From positions 52,266,001 to 52,330,000 of the forward strand of contig OX597820.1 in NCBI GenBank assembly GCA_951406725.2: a stretch of 64,000 bases of DNA. Direction: 5' to 3'. The translations under genes were made by a program, and so were the position numbers. Of the stretch, positions 1 to 12,150 are shown piece by piece (the first letter of the stretch is position 1; each line of letters opens with the position of its first letter). This DNA comes from Octopus vulgaris (Eukaryota). The notes beneath the pieces are model-generated. The model was not told the DNA's origin, made no database searches, and was given only the letters and a program-made list of their open reading frames with translations.

Positions 1-131
1 CAAAATTATGTTAATGTCATACTTTTATCGTTTATTAGTAGTTTTTCTTTCAGGAAATATTCTTAAAAGTTAGTAAAGGACAAATTGAACTTTTTCATTC
101 TTTCCAATATGAAAATTCATGTTCTACAAAT

Positions 132-170
<39 letters not shown>

Positions 171-374
171 TACATATATATATATATATATATACATATA
201 TACGTTATATACGTATGTGTATATGTGAATGTACGCGTACGTCTGTGTGCGTGCGTTTGTGCGTGTTGCGCTTGTGTTTGCAAGCGCGGGCATGACTGGG
301 TGGTAAGATTATGGCTGCTTATTCATTTGGTCCTGGATTCTGTCTTACTGAACGGTACCTAGTGTGAGTGTATC

Positions 375-725
375 TTACTCTTTTACTTGATTCGGTCATT
401 TGACTGCGGCCATGCTGGAGCACCGCCCCCAGTCGAGTAACTCGAACTCGGGACTTATTCTTTGTAAGCCCAGTACTTATTCTATCGCTCTCTTTTGCCG
501 AACCGTTAAGTGACGGGGACATAAACACACCAGCATCGGTTGTCAAGCAATTCTAGGGGGACAAACACAGACACATATATATACATATATATATATACGA
601 CGGGCTTCTTTCATTTTCGTCTACCAAATCCACTCACAAGGCTTGACCAAGGTGCCACGCAGTGGGACTGAACCCGGAACCATGTGGGTGGTAAGCAAGC
701 TACTTACCACAAAGTCACTCCTGCG

Positions 726-728
<3 letters not shown>
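375..728 (-). mobile_element. tRNA-derived SINE, family A (carries an internal (TA)n/(TG)n tract)
   Basis: Reverse complement begins AGGCGCAGGAGTGACTTTGTGGTAAG...GGTTCCGGGTTCAGTCCCACTGCGTGGCACCTTGG, with Pol III A/B-box-like motifs. Homologous copies at 3253, 17066, 39651, 48569 and 63128. Confidence 0.9.
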
Positions 729-767
<39 letters not shown>

Positions 768-772
<5 letters not shown>

Positions 773-1401
773 AATTCATAAATAAGGGCAAACGAAAACA
801 TTTCTAATGCCAAATATGCCGAAAAATTGCACATACTGTCCATTAACCATATAATTTTTTCACAATACGCACGCTACTCGAAAAATGGTGGACAGAAATT
901 TCTAAAAAATTCCATTATTACCATATTGGACCGATTTCAGGGTTTTCTTATGACATCCCTTCGTTCGTTCGTGATACATGTGGCAAAAGAAATAAATCTA
1001 TTTTGGTTGTATTTGGGGTACTTAATTGTGCTCATGACTTAGTATTTGCTTCTTCCATGGGTATGAGTAAGTATCTCATTTATTTCTTTTGCCACATTTA
1101 TCACTGACGAAGGGAGGGCTGTTATAAGCTAACCCTGAAATCGGTCCGATATGGTAATAATGGAATTTTTTAGCAATTTCTGTCCACCTTTTGTCGAGTA
1201 GCGTGCGTATTGTGAAAAAATTATATGGTTAATGGACAATATGTCCAATTTTTCGGCATATTTGGCATTAGACATTTTTTCGTTTGCCCTTATTTATGAA
1301 TTGTTTATAATTTTAACCTTTAAAGGTATTTTTTAATATGCTGGCCATTGATGAAATTTTTTTGGAAAAGAATATTTTTCGAAATACTTTTATCCTACAT
1401 T

Positions 1402-1403
<2 letters not shown>
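768..1403. mobile_element. Fold-back element (about 230 bp inverted arms, 768-997 / 1078-1308) inside a (TA)n tract; PLE pseudo-LTR or retrozyme-like
   Basis: Arms are direct reverse complements (AAACAATTCATAAATAAGGGCAAACG... / ...CGTTTGCCCTTATTTATGAATTGTTT). (TA)n at 729-768 and 1404-1452. Hammerhead in the right arm. Confidence 0.8.
1098..1157 (+). ncRNA. Type I hammerhead ribozyme
   Basis: Stem I TTATCA(1098-1103)/TGGTAA(1152-57); core CTGACGA(1104-10); stem II AGGG/CCCT; GAAA(1137-40); stem III TCG-gtc-CGA; cleavage triplet AUA, cut after 1151. Confidence 0.85.
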
Positions 1404-1452
<49 letters not shown>

Positions 1453-1457
<5 letters not shown>

Positions 1458-1680
1458 GGATATTGTATTGTGTCTGGATAGAATCATTCTCTTTTAATGC
1501 CTTATTACTTAATACATTCACCTGTTGAATCACCTCTCATTTACTTATTTCTAAGTCAGCTAGTAGAAATCGAACCGGTGAGGGTGTTAGGAAATAAGGC
1601 ATTAAAATAGAATGACTCTCCCTAGACACAATACAATATATTTCAATACACGAATTTACAAACCAAATGCAAAAACGAAA
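1453..1680. mobile_element. Second fold-back element (arms about 1460-1526 / 1573-1639) between TA tracts
   Basis: ATATTGTATTGTGTCTGGATAGAATCATTCTCTTTTAATGCCTTATT is matched by AATAAGGCATTAAAATAGAATGACTCTCCCTAGACACAATACAATAT on the opposite strand. Confidence 0.7.
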
Positions 1681-1755
1681 TATATATATATATACATGTT
1701 GATATATACACAAATGTATACATATGAGTGCGTGTGTATGTGTGTGTGTGTGTGT

Positions 1756-1786
<31 letters not shown>

Positions 1787-3252
1787 GTACCTGTGCTAGT
1801 CTCCAGGCAATACGTTTCGTTGAAGGTATTTCGGCAACTGGTTTTAGTTCCTTTACCTTCGAAATGTTAGCAGTGTGACATAAAGAGTTGGATAGAATGA
1901 ATGCCAGACCTAAAAATACGTACTAGCGCCGAGCTCTTCCAGTAAGCCCTTCACAGTTATCTCTGAGCATGGCCAACAATTTTTTCCAATATATGGAACA
2001 AGAAATAAAAAATATATATTTCGCGGTGTATATGTATATTTGCATGCATATGTGTGTATGTAGGAGTATGTGAATGCCTGTGATTGCCAAAATATCTAAA
2101 GCACAAAAAATTACAAAAGAGAAGTTATATATACATACATATTTTGCAGCGTCAAGCCTATAGAGACAGTAAATATTTAATTTATATGTTCATCGTTTCG
2201 GATCACCACCGTCGATACCCCGATTTCTATATCATTTTCTCTAATTTTGTATATGCATTGTCTTTATTTTCTCATTCTATCTTCAGAGAGAACTTGCAAA
2301 TATGCAGGAAAATATAATTGGTTTCCATCACCTACACACCTAATCGCGCATTGTCTTTCATACTCTGCATATATATGTGTGCGTTTGTGTGTGTATGTGT
2401 GTGTGTGTGCGTGTGTGTGTATGTGTGTATTAATGTGTATATACCAATCCATATATACATTACATAATACAATGTATATATATACATGTGCGCACTCACA
2501 CGCATAGTGAGACTACATAATTTGAACGCTATCTTTTTTTTAATAGTTTCACTTTGAAATTCATATCTTCGAAAAGCTTATGTATAGTTTCAAAACCATG
2601 GAAGATTGGAAATAATTTATTCATCCATTGTTTCGCTTTCTAATTTTTTTCTCTTATTTCTAATATATTCTGGTATTGTGCACGCTAAAACATCATATGA
2701 TACCGTTGCAGATTGAGAATAATTTATTCCATATATTGTTTTACATTTAATTGTATTTTTCATCTTAGTGAAACATTCGATGTTTATGCTCTATAAATCA
2801 GAATGTTAAATTTCTTAATGTTGTAGGATATATCAAATATTACAAAAATTAATAGACCGATTCATGAAGAATAATACCTGCATATTTTAGCTGTGTGAGC
2901 AAATGTAAACATGAAACAATGAAAGATTAAATTATATTTTTCCTTGCGTATTATTTAAAACCACATACTGTCTTTTCGAAAATATAAACTTTTTTTAAAT
3001 GAGGGATTTAATACCAGCGTAGCAACATATACTGTCATTATATATTATATGTAACGTACAATTGTTTCCTAGTATTTTGACTGATAATTTTAGATAATTT
3101 AAACACGTCATTTTATACCGACTTACTTGTAAATAATTGAAAGAGTAAATCATCTACTTCTCTGCATGAATATATAAAAACGAATTTTAATGATGAATTA
3201 TAAAGTACGTTTAAACGCGACATCGGGGCAATTGTCCCAAATGCTTGGTATG

Positions 3253-3478
3253 TTTACTCTTTTATTCTTTTACTTGTTTCAGTCATTTGACTGTGGCCAT
3301 GCTGGAGCACCGCCTCTACTCGAGCAAATCGACCCCAGGACTTATTCTTTGTAAGCCTAGTACTTATTGTATCGGTCTCTTGCCGAACCGCTAAGTTACG
3401 GGTTCGTTAGCACACCAACATCGGTTGTCAAGCGATGTTAGTGGACAATCACAGACACACAAACATACACACACACGC

Positions 3479-3528
<50 letters not shown>

Positions 3529-3689
3529 CATATATATACGACGACTTCTTTCAGTTTCCGTCTACCAAATCCACTCACAAGTCTTTCGTCGGCCCGAGGC
3601 TATAGTAGAAGTCACTTGCCCAGCGGGACTGAACCCGGAACCATGTGGTTTGTAAGCAAGCTACTTACCACGCAGCCACTCCTACACCT
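3253..3689 (-). mobile_element. SINE family A copy
   Basis: Homologous to 375-728 and 17066-17455, with an internal TA/CA tract. Confidence 0.9.
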
Positions 3690-4106
3690 ATGTTTGTGCA
3701 ATATTTCATTAAAATTGTCAGAGTAGATACCTTAAGAAAATGCTTTCGATTAGGGTAGAATTTGGAGAGACTGTTTGATATAATTTTCTGTATTTATTCC
3801 TCTCAACTTGTTTGGGCTAATCAACCAGGACAATACAATTTTAAGAAATCGTAGAACTGATCGTTATCGAAAATACTGCACATTACATGACCGGCTAATA
3901 TCTTCAGCAGAGGAACGACGCTTTTAGAAAGTGCAGTTGGAAAACTCTTTTAATTCGGTCAGAAAATTATGAATTTCTCTTTACTTTACAAAACAAAAAG
4001 AAAACATATACAATACAGAAACATTAGTGGCAAATGAAATATGAGAGAAATAATTTTCCTTGATTTTTTATAACAGCATAGACCAAACTTGATTGATCAA
4101 ACTAAC

Positions 4107-4400
4107 CTAGGCAAAAGTTGAACCACCCAAGCATAATGGGGTTTTTTTTACGTGTGTATGGTTGTTGTGGTGGCAGAGGCATATTGTCATGAACTGATAG
4201 ATATGACATATGATAGATATGTTCTTCCTGCTATTACGTGAATTCTCAACTTTGGGCCACAAAATGATGTTCCCAGTTTTACTGGGATTGAACTGAAAAG
4301 TTCTTGATTCTTTCACTTTAGCACTTCGTTGAATGCTCATGTGTTTTGGCAAACAGATATTTTTTTTTACTCTGACCACCAGTGATAGCGACAGATAAAT
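4107..4400. mobile_element. Possible highly decayed Tc1-like transposase fragments
   Basis: Plus strand KHNG..VYGCCGGRG resembles KHGGGSVMVWGCF; minus strand KKYLFAKTH resembles KRLxFAKxH. Weak and frameshifted. Confidence 0.3.
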
Positions 4401-5990
4401 ATTCTTTCCTTTATAGCCCTTGCTAAATGCAACTCATTTCACATAGAATATTTGTTGCGTAATATGTTACATATCAATTTATACTTATAAGAAACTAAAA
4501 CAAAAAGATATATTCTTCATACACAAACGTCAAAGCACAACCTAAAAAGATGTATACATCGTAGAAACCAGTAAATTTGAAACTTTAGGCCATTATCTGC
4601 ATTGTAAAAATGCTTGCATGTATAAATACATACGCATATGAAATTTGTACATATTCAGCATCTTAAGGATCGTTAAATACAACTATTAATTTTTATACAT
4701 TTTACCTCTTTCAACTCGTAAGCTTTGGTCATGCTAGGCCATCACCATGCAAACACTCCACAGCATGTATTCCAAAGGAAACCATGCCCTTTAACACATG
4801 TTGTTTCTCCTTTTTTGTCCATTTTGTTCTATTTAATTTCAACTTATCCTTTGTTGTTTCTACTTTCAATTCACTGTGTTCATCCTTTTATTAGAAGTTT
4901 TAAGGTAAGTGTTTGTATTTTGCCACGTCTTCATTTTTTATCTACCTGTCCTATAAGCCATAAATTTTGCTATAGTTACATAAAACTATAAATATAAGTA
5001 CCACATATTTTAGGCCATGAACTTGATTTGAAATATTTTCAGTATCGGCATGATAGCAATATCAAATTTAAATATAACATCGAAAGTATAGCGGAGAAAA
5101 TATGCAGTGAATCATTTCCAGTGACTGATAAAATTTTTGCCAGTTGTGGATTGATGAAGTGTAACATCAGCGAGATTTGAACTGAGAGTGACTGTAGAAA
5201 CGTGTATACGAGCTTCTCCGAGTTCACTGCTCTGTTACTACTAGCAACGAGATAATACGAAATGTGTCAATATAGTATGATGTTTTAATTTATTGTACAA
5301 CATTATGTATGTATAAAAGTGCTCCTGTCGTTTCGAAGGTAAATAAATGAATACATAAAAGTACAAAAAAGAAATTAAAAACAAACATATAGGAAAAGAA
5401 AATACAACGAAAATGCTGTTTCGTTTTGAGATTTTTCAATTTATTTTTCATTAATATTTAAAATCTCTTGTTTGAGAGTTTGAGGCATTGATAATCCTCT
5501 CTTTGTCTACCTGGAAATAGTCATCACATATACAAAGTCAACAAAGAAATACATGGATTCTAATAGCTTAAAATGTAGTAATATTAAAACCCGCTGCTCA
5601 GAAATATAGATGATTATCATCGTAACTTTTATCCTCTTCATCCACCTCCTTTTCAACCATCATCATCGTTGTCACCATTGTCATCGTCGTCATCATCATC
5701 ATCATTATCATCATCATTGTGAAGATTAATAACAGCAAACAAAAGGAAGAAAAATCAATTATATCTTCAATAACAACACCATCAACAACGAACAACCACA
5801 CAGCGTTCTTTCAGATTGCAATTTTGATGTACTTCTCTGAAGAATTATCATTATATTATACCTTCTGAAGTATGTATAAAATTGCAGTAACTCTCAAACT
5901 GTCAGGGTTATTGTTTTACTTGCCACGAATAAATTCTGACTAATAAGACACGTGACATCTCTTTATCTTTCATTATGTCAGCTCATTGAT

Positions 5991-5991
<1 letters not shown>

Positions 5992-6062
<71 letters not shown>
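5992..6062 (+). repeat. (TAA)n microsatellite
   Basis: Perfect TAA run. Confidence 0.95.
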
Positions 6063-6066
<4 letters not shown>

Positions 6067-6077
6067 TAATAATAATG

Positions 6078-6333
6078 ATAATTCAAAAGATAGTGCTCAT
6101 GGGAACTGTTCATATCCTACGCAAAATACTTTCTATGTAATCTCAAGTTTCAAAACAAACGTAAGTTTCGTTTTTTTTTTGACATTCACTAGTACAACAC
6201 TAAATACAAAACCAAATATATGGCACACTAGGCATAACAACATCACGAACTTCCAACCTGTTGTCTCTCGAGGTCTCTGGGTAAGACTTGGAGCCAGATT
6301 GTACAAATATAATGCAAAAGTCAAACATAGAAA
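6078..6333 (+). mobile_element. 5'-truncated R4/Dong-like RLE non-LTR retrotransposon (ORF C-terminus plus 3' UTR)
   Basis: Translates IQKIVLMGTVHILRKILSM*, matching the QKxxLLGTAxILRxxL C-terminus of R4/Dong proteins. Flanked on both sides by (TAA)n. Confidence 0.75.

Positions 6334-6430
<97 letters not shown>
6334..6430 (+). repeat. (TAA)n microsatellite
   Basis: Perfect TAA run. Confidence 0.95.
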
Positions 6431-6469
6431 TACACCTGTCACATTACATTTTCCCCATTTTTCTTTTAG

Positions 6470-7010
6470 GAGGGCGTAGCCACAACAAGACACACACCAG
6501 TCATCTCATTCATTTCCCAGCTCAAAAGGGCGAGACCCGTTCTATGCTCGGGTCAAGGCATAGACCGCAATCCTGAATATCAGCAGCACAGCCAGACAGG
6601 ATATGTTCGTTTACCACCACCGCATCATGCTGGTTCCGTACCCCTTTGAGCAATATTAAAATTCACTCATCCGTCCACAAACACTCTCCAAGCTTACTTA
6701 TTATTTATAAACTCTCTTACCTTTCTCACTCCAACACCTCCAACTACCAAAGACTTCCTCACTGTATCTATCCACACAAGCTGAGGTCTGCTTCTGGTTT
6801 CGTTGCCTACCACTACTGCCTTCATCGCCCTCCTTATTATCCATTCCTCATCCCTCCTCTCCATGTGGCCAAGCCACCTCAAAATTCCTTCCTTCCACTC
6901 CACCACTGTCTTCTTCACATGCACCCTAACCAGCAATGTCAATTCCTCACGCGCCCATCCACTCCAACTCCCGACACTCATCGAATCACATCGCCAAACT
7001 GATACTCTCT
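6470..7010 (-). mobile_element. RTE-clade LINE 3' fragment
   Basis: ORF 6694..7017 contains LRWLGHMERRDEEWIIRRAMKAVVVGNETRSRPQLVWIDTV, the LRWFGHV...G.RxRGRP..W.D.V motif of RTE ORF C-termini. Confidence 0.8.
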
Positions 7011-9092
7011 CTAACATTGTAAATATCTGTTAGAGCAAGTTGATAAATGTTAGTTAATAAATATTAATAAAAATTCTAGGGCGATAGAAGATCTCGATGG
7101 GTATCGCGAAAAGGCACTTAGGTCGGGCATTGTGACCGATGTGCTTGCGGGGGGATAACGCCTTTAACAATTCTTCAACGCTAAGCACAAAGCTGGAGAT
7201 CTTGCTCTAAGACACGGAGTATCGTTTGTTAGTTCTGGATAATTATATCACAAAAAAATGTGACTAATCCATGTTATTTTCTACGTCTTTGCACCACTAC
7301 ATTTCACGTCTATTTCGGGAATATTACAGATGGAAGTGAACTTTTCTGCCTATAGCTACAGATTCCCAAAATTCACTATTCGGATGCGGAGTCCTGGGAA
7401 AGGCTGATAACTGCCCAGGTAATACGGGAATTTGTGGGGAAAAGCACTCGAGTTCGGTGGCCTTGCATACGAACATTACTTCCATATGACAATCTTCGGT
7501 GGCCTCGGCAAATGTCTGTTGCATGATGAAAAACCTGGCCTCTCGCTGCTGTATGACGATTTGAAATGGAAATGTTGTCAGTCAATAGGGCTCAGAATTC
7601 ACAAGCTAAGCGAGTTAAAATGGTTTTTCTTTTGAGATACGAGCCGAACAAGCAAGATAACGCATAGAATTTAAATCCTGTAGCACTGCTAAATTTAGTG
7701 ATTAAATTTCTATTGTTTGGGATCGGCTTAGAAATCTCGTCACTTGTTAAACTATTTCAGGTAACAAGATAGAGATATAAGATAGCAGGATTCGTAGGAT
7801 GATTGTCACCGCGCCAATTTACTACATCCATCTAGAGGCATCTAGAGGCATCCCCCAAAACAATAGTCTCCGCAGTGAGGATTAAATCATAGTGTACACC
7901 CCCCATCCTCTGTAACAGTACTACCTCTTCGAGTTATGAAGATGAAGACCAGACCGAGATCTAAGGCCATCAGAATCAATCTGAAGAATGAGATAAAAGC
8001 CATCTAAAAATAAAAAAGAAGAATTATTTAGCCGTATTTGTTTAAATGCCATTATGGATACACTACACCTGAAGTATGTATTATCATATGAAACTGGGAA
8101 CCAGAAGCGTGATGCGAACAAAAGCGTGCATATACTGAGAGTTCTATAAATCCAGTTTGCGATTCAAAACATAGGTCGCTCAATAAGAAATCTCCAAAAG
8201 GCATTGATGCAACTTCCAGCAGTGGAGTAGAAAACTAGCATTCTGTAAAACCACTATAGAGTATCAAGCTAGTCTTTATGTCGAAATTAAACAGCAAGAG
8301 AGAAGCAAAAATAAAGATAATCGGTTTGCTATATGGGTTAGATATCTACTGGCTAACGGCAGTCATGTTGCTAAACACACAAGTGTGAAAAAACAAGTAA
8401 ATATTCCTTCGTTTGTTTATATTTGTTACTATTAGAAATGTGTTATATAAAAACTCTTATCATTTTTATTAATGCAACTTATTATTAATTTGTTTATCAT
8501 TATATTTTATTCTGATTATTGCTCATTTTCTTATGTGCGCAACATTTTGTCGAAGACAATATTAATTGTGACAAGACATATGACCATTCAATGCAAACTA
8601 TTAATTAAAAAATATTGTTTCATATATTCCATTATTTTCCTTAATATATTTACCCCTTATTATTAAAATTATCAGTGTTATTGTTGTTGTTTTTTATCTG
8701 TCAGATATTAATATCTGTCAGATATTAATACAAAAGGATATACGACAGGTAATTTCAAAGAAATTCCAAGTTATATACATTACTTGAAGGGTATGATCAG
8801 TTTTTTATAATCAATATCATATGAAGCATATATATATATAAATGCACTAGTGTATATGCATTAATGAATGTAATTTTATTTATTAGATATACTAAAAAAA
8901 TATTTAAAATGTAAACACACACACGAGCGTCGCACAAGTAGATGCATACATCATTTTCTGCATTTTTTTATGTATGTAGTTGATATGTGCGTCAGTTGAT
9001 ATACTGACGTTCTCTTTGTTTTTTATAACAGTTCTTACACACACATAAACACACACGCACAAACACATACATTTATGACATATTTGTCGGTA

Positions 9093-9123
<31 letters not shown>

Positions 9124-9310
9124 GTGTACAAATGTATCAGTATGCATCCATACAGAGTTGTATACAATAATGAATCAGTTATGACATAAACGTTTATGAT
9201 ATAATAAATATATATCAAATAAGCATATGTGTTTGTATTAGTGTTTAGGTGTCCATATGTATACACATACTTTTATATATAGTATGCATGTAAGATATAT
9301 TATGAATCTG

Positions 9311-9348
<38 letters not shown>

Positions 9349-9399
9349 CGAGTGTGCATTGTGTGTGTATACATATCTATAACTCATTAAAAGTCAGAT

Positions 9400-11520
9400 T
9401 GAATGGAAAAATTCTCTGAATGCAACAGAGAATGACAGCCCCACGATTGACCGAGAGGTGGGAGTCGAGAATCAATCAAACCTAGTTAACACAGAAATGA
9501 TCTTGGACACGAGTACGGCTATTCATTCGAACAGCGAACGAAGTGCAAACAACTTTGGATGCAAGCTGTTCTGTAGAACCTTTGCAGCTGTGAGAGGCTT
9601 GAAGATACATCAGGGAAATACTTGTGAGAAGACAGAGACATGTGGATCATCTGATCGTAAAACACGTGGTAAATTCATCCCCGGACTCAAACCACAGCGG
9701 ATCGATAAATGCTACAGCATAAACCTCTTCCCGACAGGAAACTGAAAGCTATGAAACTGGTGCATCAGATAATACACGGAGGAAACTGAGGGCTTTGTGG
9801 CCTGCTGGTAATGAGAAAGGGAAATATAAAGAGTTTAAAAACAAAGTATGTCGAGCTCTTTATAAAATGATAGGCTATTCAGTGGAGAACCTGGGAAAAT
9901 TAACAAGCTCAATTTACGATACAGGAAAGGAATTATTTGGATTGAAAGAGAGTATCCGATTGGTGAAAGGGAAGTTTGAAACAAGCAGGAGGATCAGGAA
10001 AATGAAACAGTTGAGGAAGGAAAAGACCAGCCTAAGAAAGCGAGGGAAATGTGCTACAGAAGATGAAAAACCTGGCCCCGCGCTGCTGTATGACGATTTG
10101 AAATGGAAATGTCATTATGTGCTACGACATATCCTCCGATATGAGCGTCAAAAGGAGAATAAAACGTCTCGGGGTCAGCTTCTGAAGGACCCGTACGGGT
10201 TTACTTAGAAGCTGTTCCCTGAACCGAAGTGTGGCCCTTCATCGTGCACGAAAGAAGAATTGGACACTCATATCAAAGAAACCTACAGCGATACGCACCG
10301 TAACCAGCCACTGCCAACTCTACATGGGCTAAATCATCTCTCAGAACCTGATATCGAATTCAAAATTGGTGACATCAGTGAGAGAGAGAGAGGTAAATGA
10401 TTTCATAATAAATCTAGAGCGAAGAGTGCCCCAGGAGGTAATGGCGTCTCATATAAAGTTTATAAATATTGCAAACGTCTGCGAAAGAAACTCTTTGTCC
10501 TACTCCGACAATAGAGGATGGGTGTAAGGCAGAAGGTATATACCTGCCGAAGGAGGCCAATGCAGAGACTATAAAACAGTTTAGGCCAAAATCCTTCTTG
10601 AATGTGGAAAGCAAAATCTTTATGGGAATTCTTTCGACGCAGATCAATTCAGACCGTTTGCGAGTATGATGCGGAGCAAACGCTGATTTGTCGTTAGCAA
10701 CAGCCTCAAAACGAGGGAAGCAGAGAGCTTCATTTGATCCAATGTATTCAACAAGGGCAGATGACGAGATGGGAAGAACATGTTCTTGAGAGAAAAATAT
10801 GTTGGGATGAGATATGAAAGTGGGCCACATCTCGACTTAGTTTTCTGATTCGTTCATCCTGTGATTTTTTGCCATCACCTACAAATCTAGTGAGATGGAA
10901 CGTCTCAGAGAATAATATACAAATACGGAAAGGGCGGAACACTGAAATAGATTCTTTCCAACTGTTCATTAGCATTAAACAGTATACATGGAAACACAAC
11001 CTGGTCCTTAAGGTAAACTTCAATGATACGAAGAACCAAATGGATCTCAACAGCAGTGAGAAAAAACCGTTGCAATTACCAACTAGAAATTTCATTACCT
11101 TCGTGCGCTGAGGTCAGCGGATCCGTTTCAAGAAGAACAAGAATCTCCCTGTGAGAGATGAAAAGTGGACCAGACATGTGAAGACGCAGGCTGGAAAGCG
11201 GAGCATTTTCCAATCGAAGTCGGCTGTAGAGAGTTTGTTGGACACTGTGTGAGACGACTGTTGTTATCATTAGGCTTAACTCATTGTAAGGTAAATACCA
11301 TCATGACCGATATCCAAACTACAGTGGAGAAGGCTAGCCACTGGTTAAAAAGAGACGGTGAGCGATGGCTAGAAAAATATTGAGCTGTATTTAGCAGCAA
11401 GTTGATCTAGCAGGTGTTGCCTCATATATGTGATGGTTGTGAGTGCGCATTGATGCCATCGAGAGGTAGGCCCCGAAACAGCGCGCATTCTCTCCTCATG
11501 ACCCCATACACTTGCTGGCT
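9400..11520 (+). mobile_element. HERO-like (R2 group, RLE) non-LTR retrotransposon, internally deleted and frameshifted
   Basis: N-terminal Zn finger (CKLFCRTFAAVRGLKIHQG); WP...ELFG...SRR...KDPYGFT segment; RT0-2 (KSAPGGNGVSYKVYK, GIYLPKE...QFRP..LNVESKIF); post-RT LPSPTNLVRW and YTWKHNLVL; C-terminal GWKAEHFPIEVGCREF...EKASHWL. Confidence 0.85.
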
Positions 11521-11606
11521 TCCGGTATGCGGAGTTCTCGACTGATAGCACTTGCATGTGCAAGTTGTTTGCAAGACAACTATCACTTGAAATATAAATA
11601 CGAACG

Positions 11607-11888
11607 AAAAGAAACAATTTCATCCTATCCCTGTAACTCATCCGCTGCACTGTTTCAATCTTTGTGGTGTAGTGGAGTTGAACTGCTTTAAGCTCCTTTT
11701 TTAGTTTGGCACTGTGTTAGCCATAATTGTGAGCAGTAGTCCAGGTTGCTGAGAACAAAAGTCCTCCACAGGAAAAGCATAATTTTTCGGTCCTGAAGGA
11801 CTTCATTATCCATCCCGCCTGTTGTCTACACTTTGCTGTGCATATCAAATGATATGTCATTGAGCATACTGATCCTCAAGTCGTTGTA
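11607..11888 (-). mobile_element. CR1/L2-like LINE RT C-terminal fragment
   Basis: Minus strand reads QAGWIMKSFR...MLFLWRTFVLSNLDYCSQLW...AVQ...TKIETVQRMSYRDRMKL, similar to the LEYCxxxWxP...VQR...LSYxERL motif. Confidence 0.7.
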
Positions 11889-11939
11889 TGTATTTATATA
11901 TGTTTGTGTGTGCGTGTGTGTGTGTCCATGTCCTTCTGT

Positions 11940-12033
11940 TCTATCTATCTATCTATCTATCTATTTATCTATATTTCTATATATCTCTATCTCTATATAT
12001 ATATATGTGTGTGTGTATGTATGAGTGTATGTG

Positions 12034-12065
<32 letters not shown>

Positions 12066-12075
12066 TGTATGTATG

Positions 12076-12106
<31 letters not shown>

Positions 12107-12150
12107 GTATGTATGTATGTATGCATGCTTGTATGTTTGTATGTATGTAT
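11940..12150 (+). repeat. Compound (CTAT)n/(TA)n/(ATGT)n microsatellite
   Basis: Visible tetranucleotide runs. Confidence 0.9.

Noticed and set aside
5598-5801. Acidic, Met-rich ORF
   Set aside because: Derived from (CAT)n low-complexity sequence; no splice or domain support.
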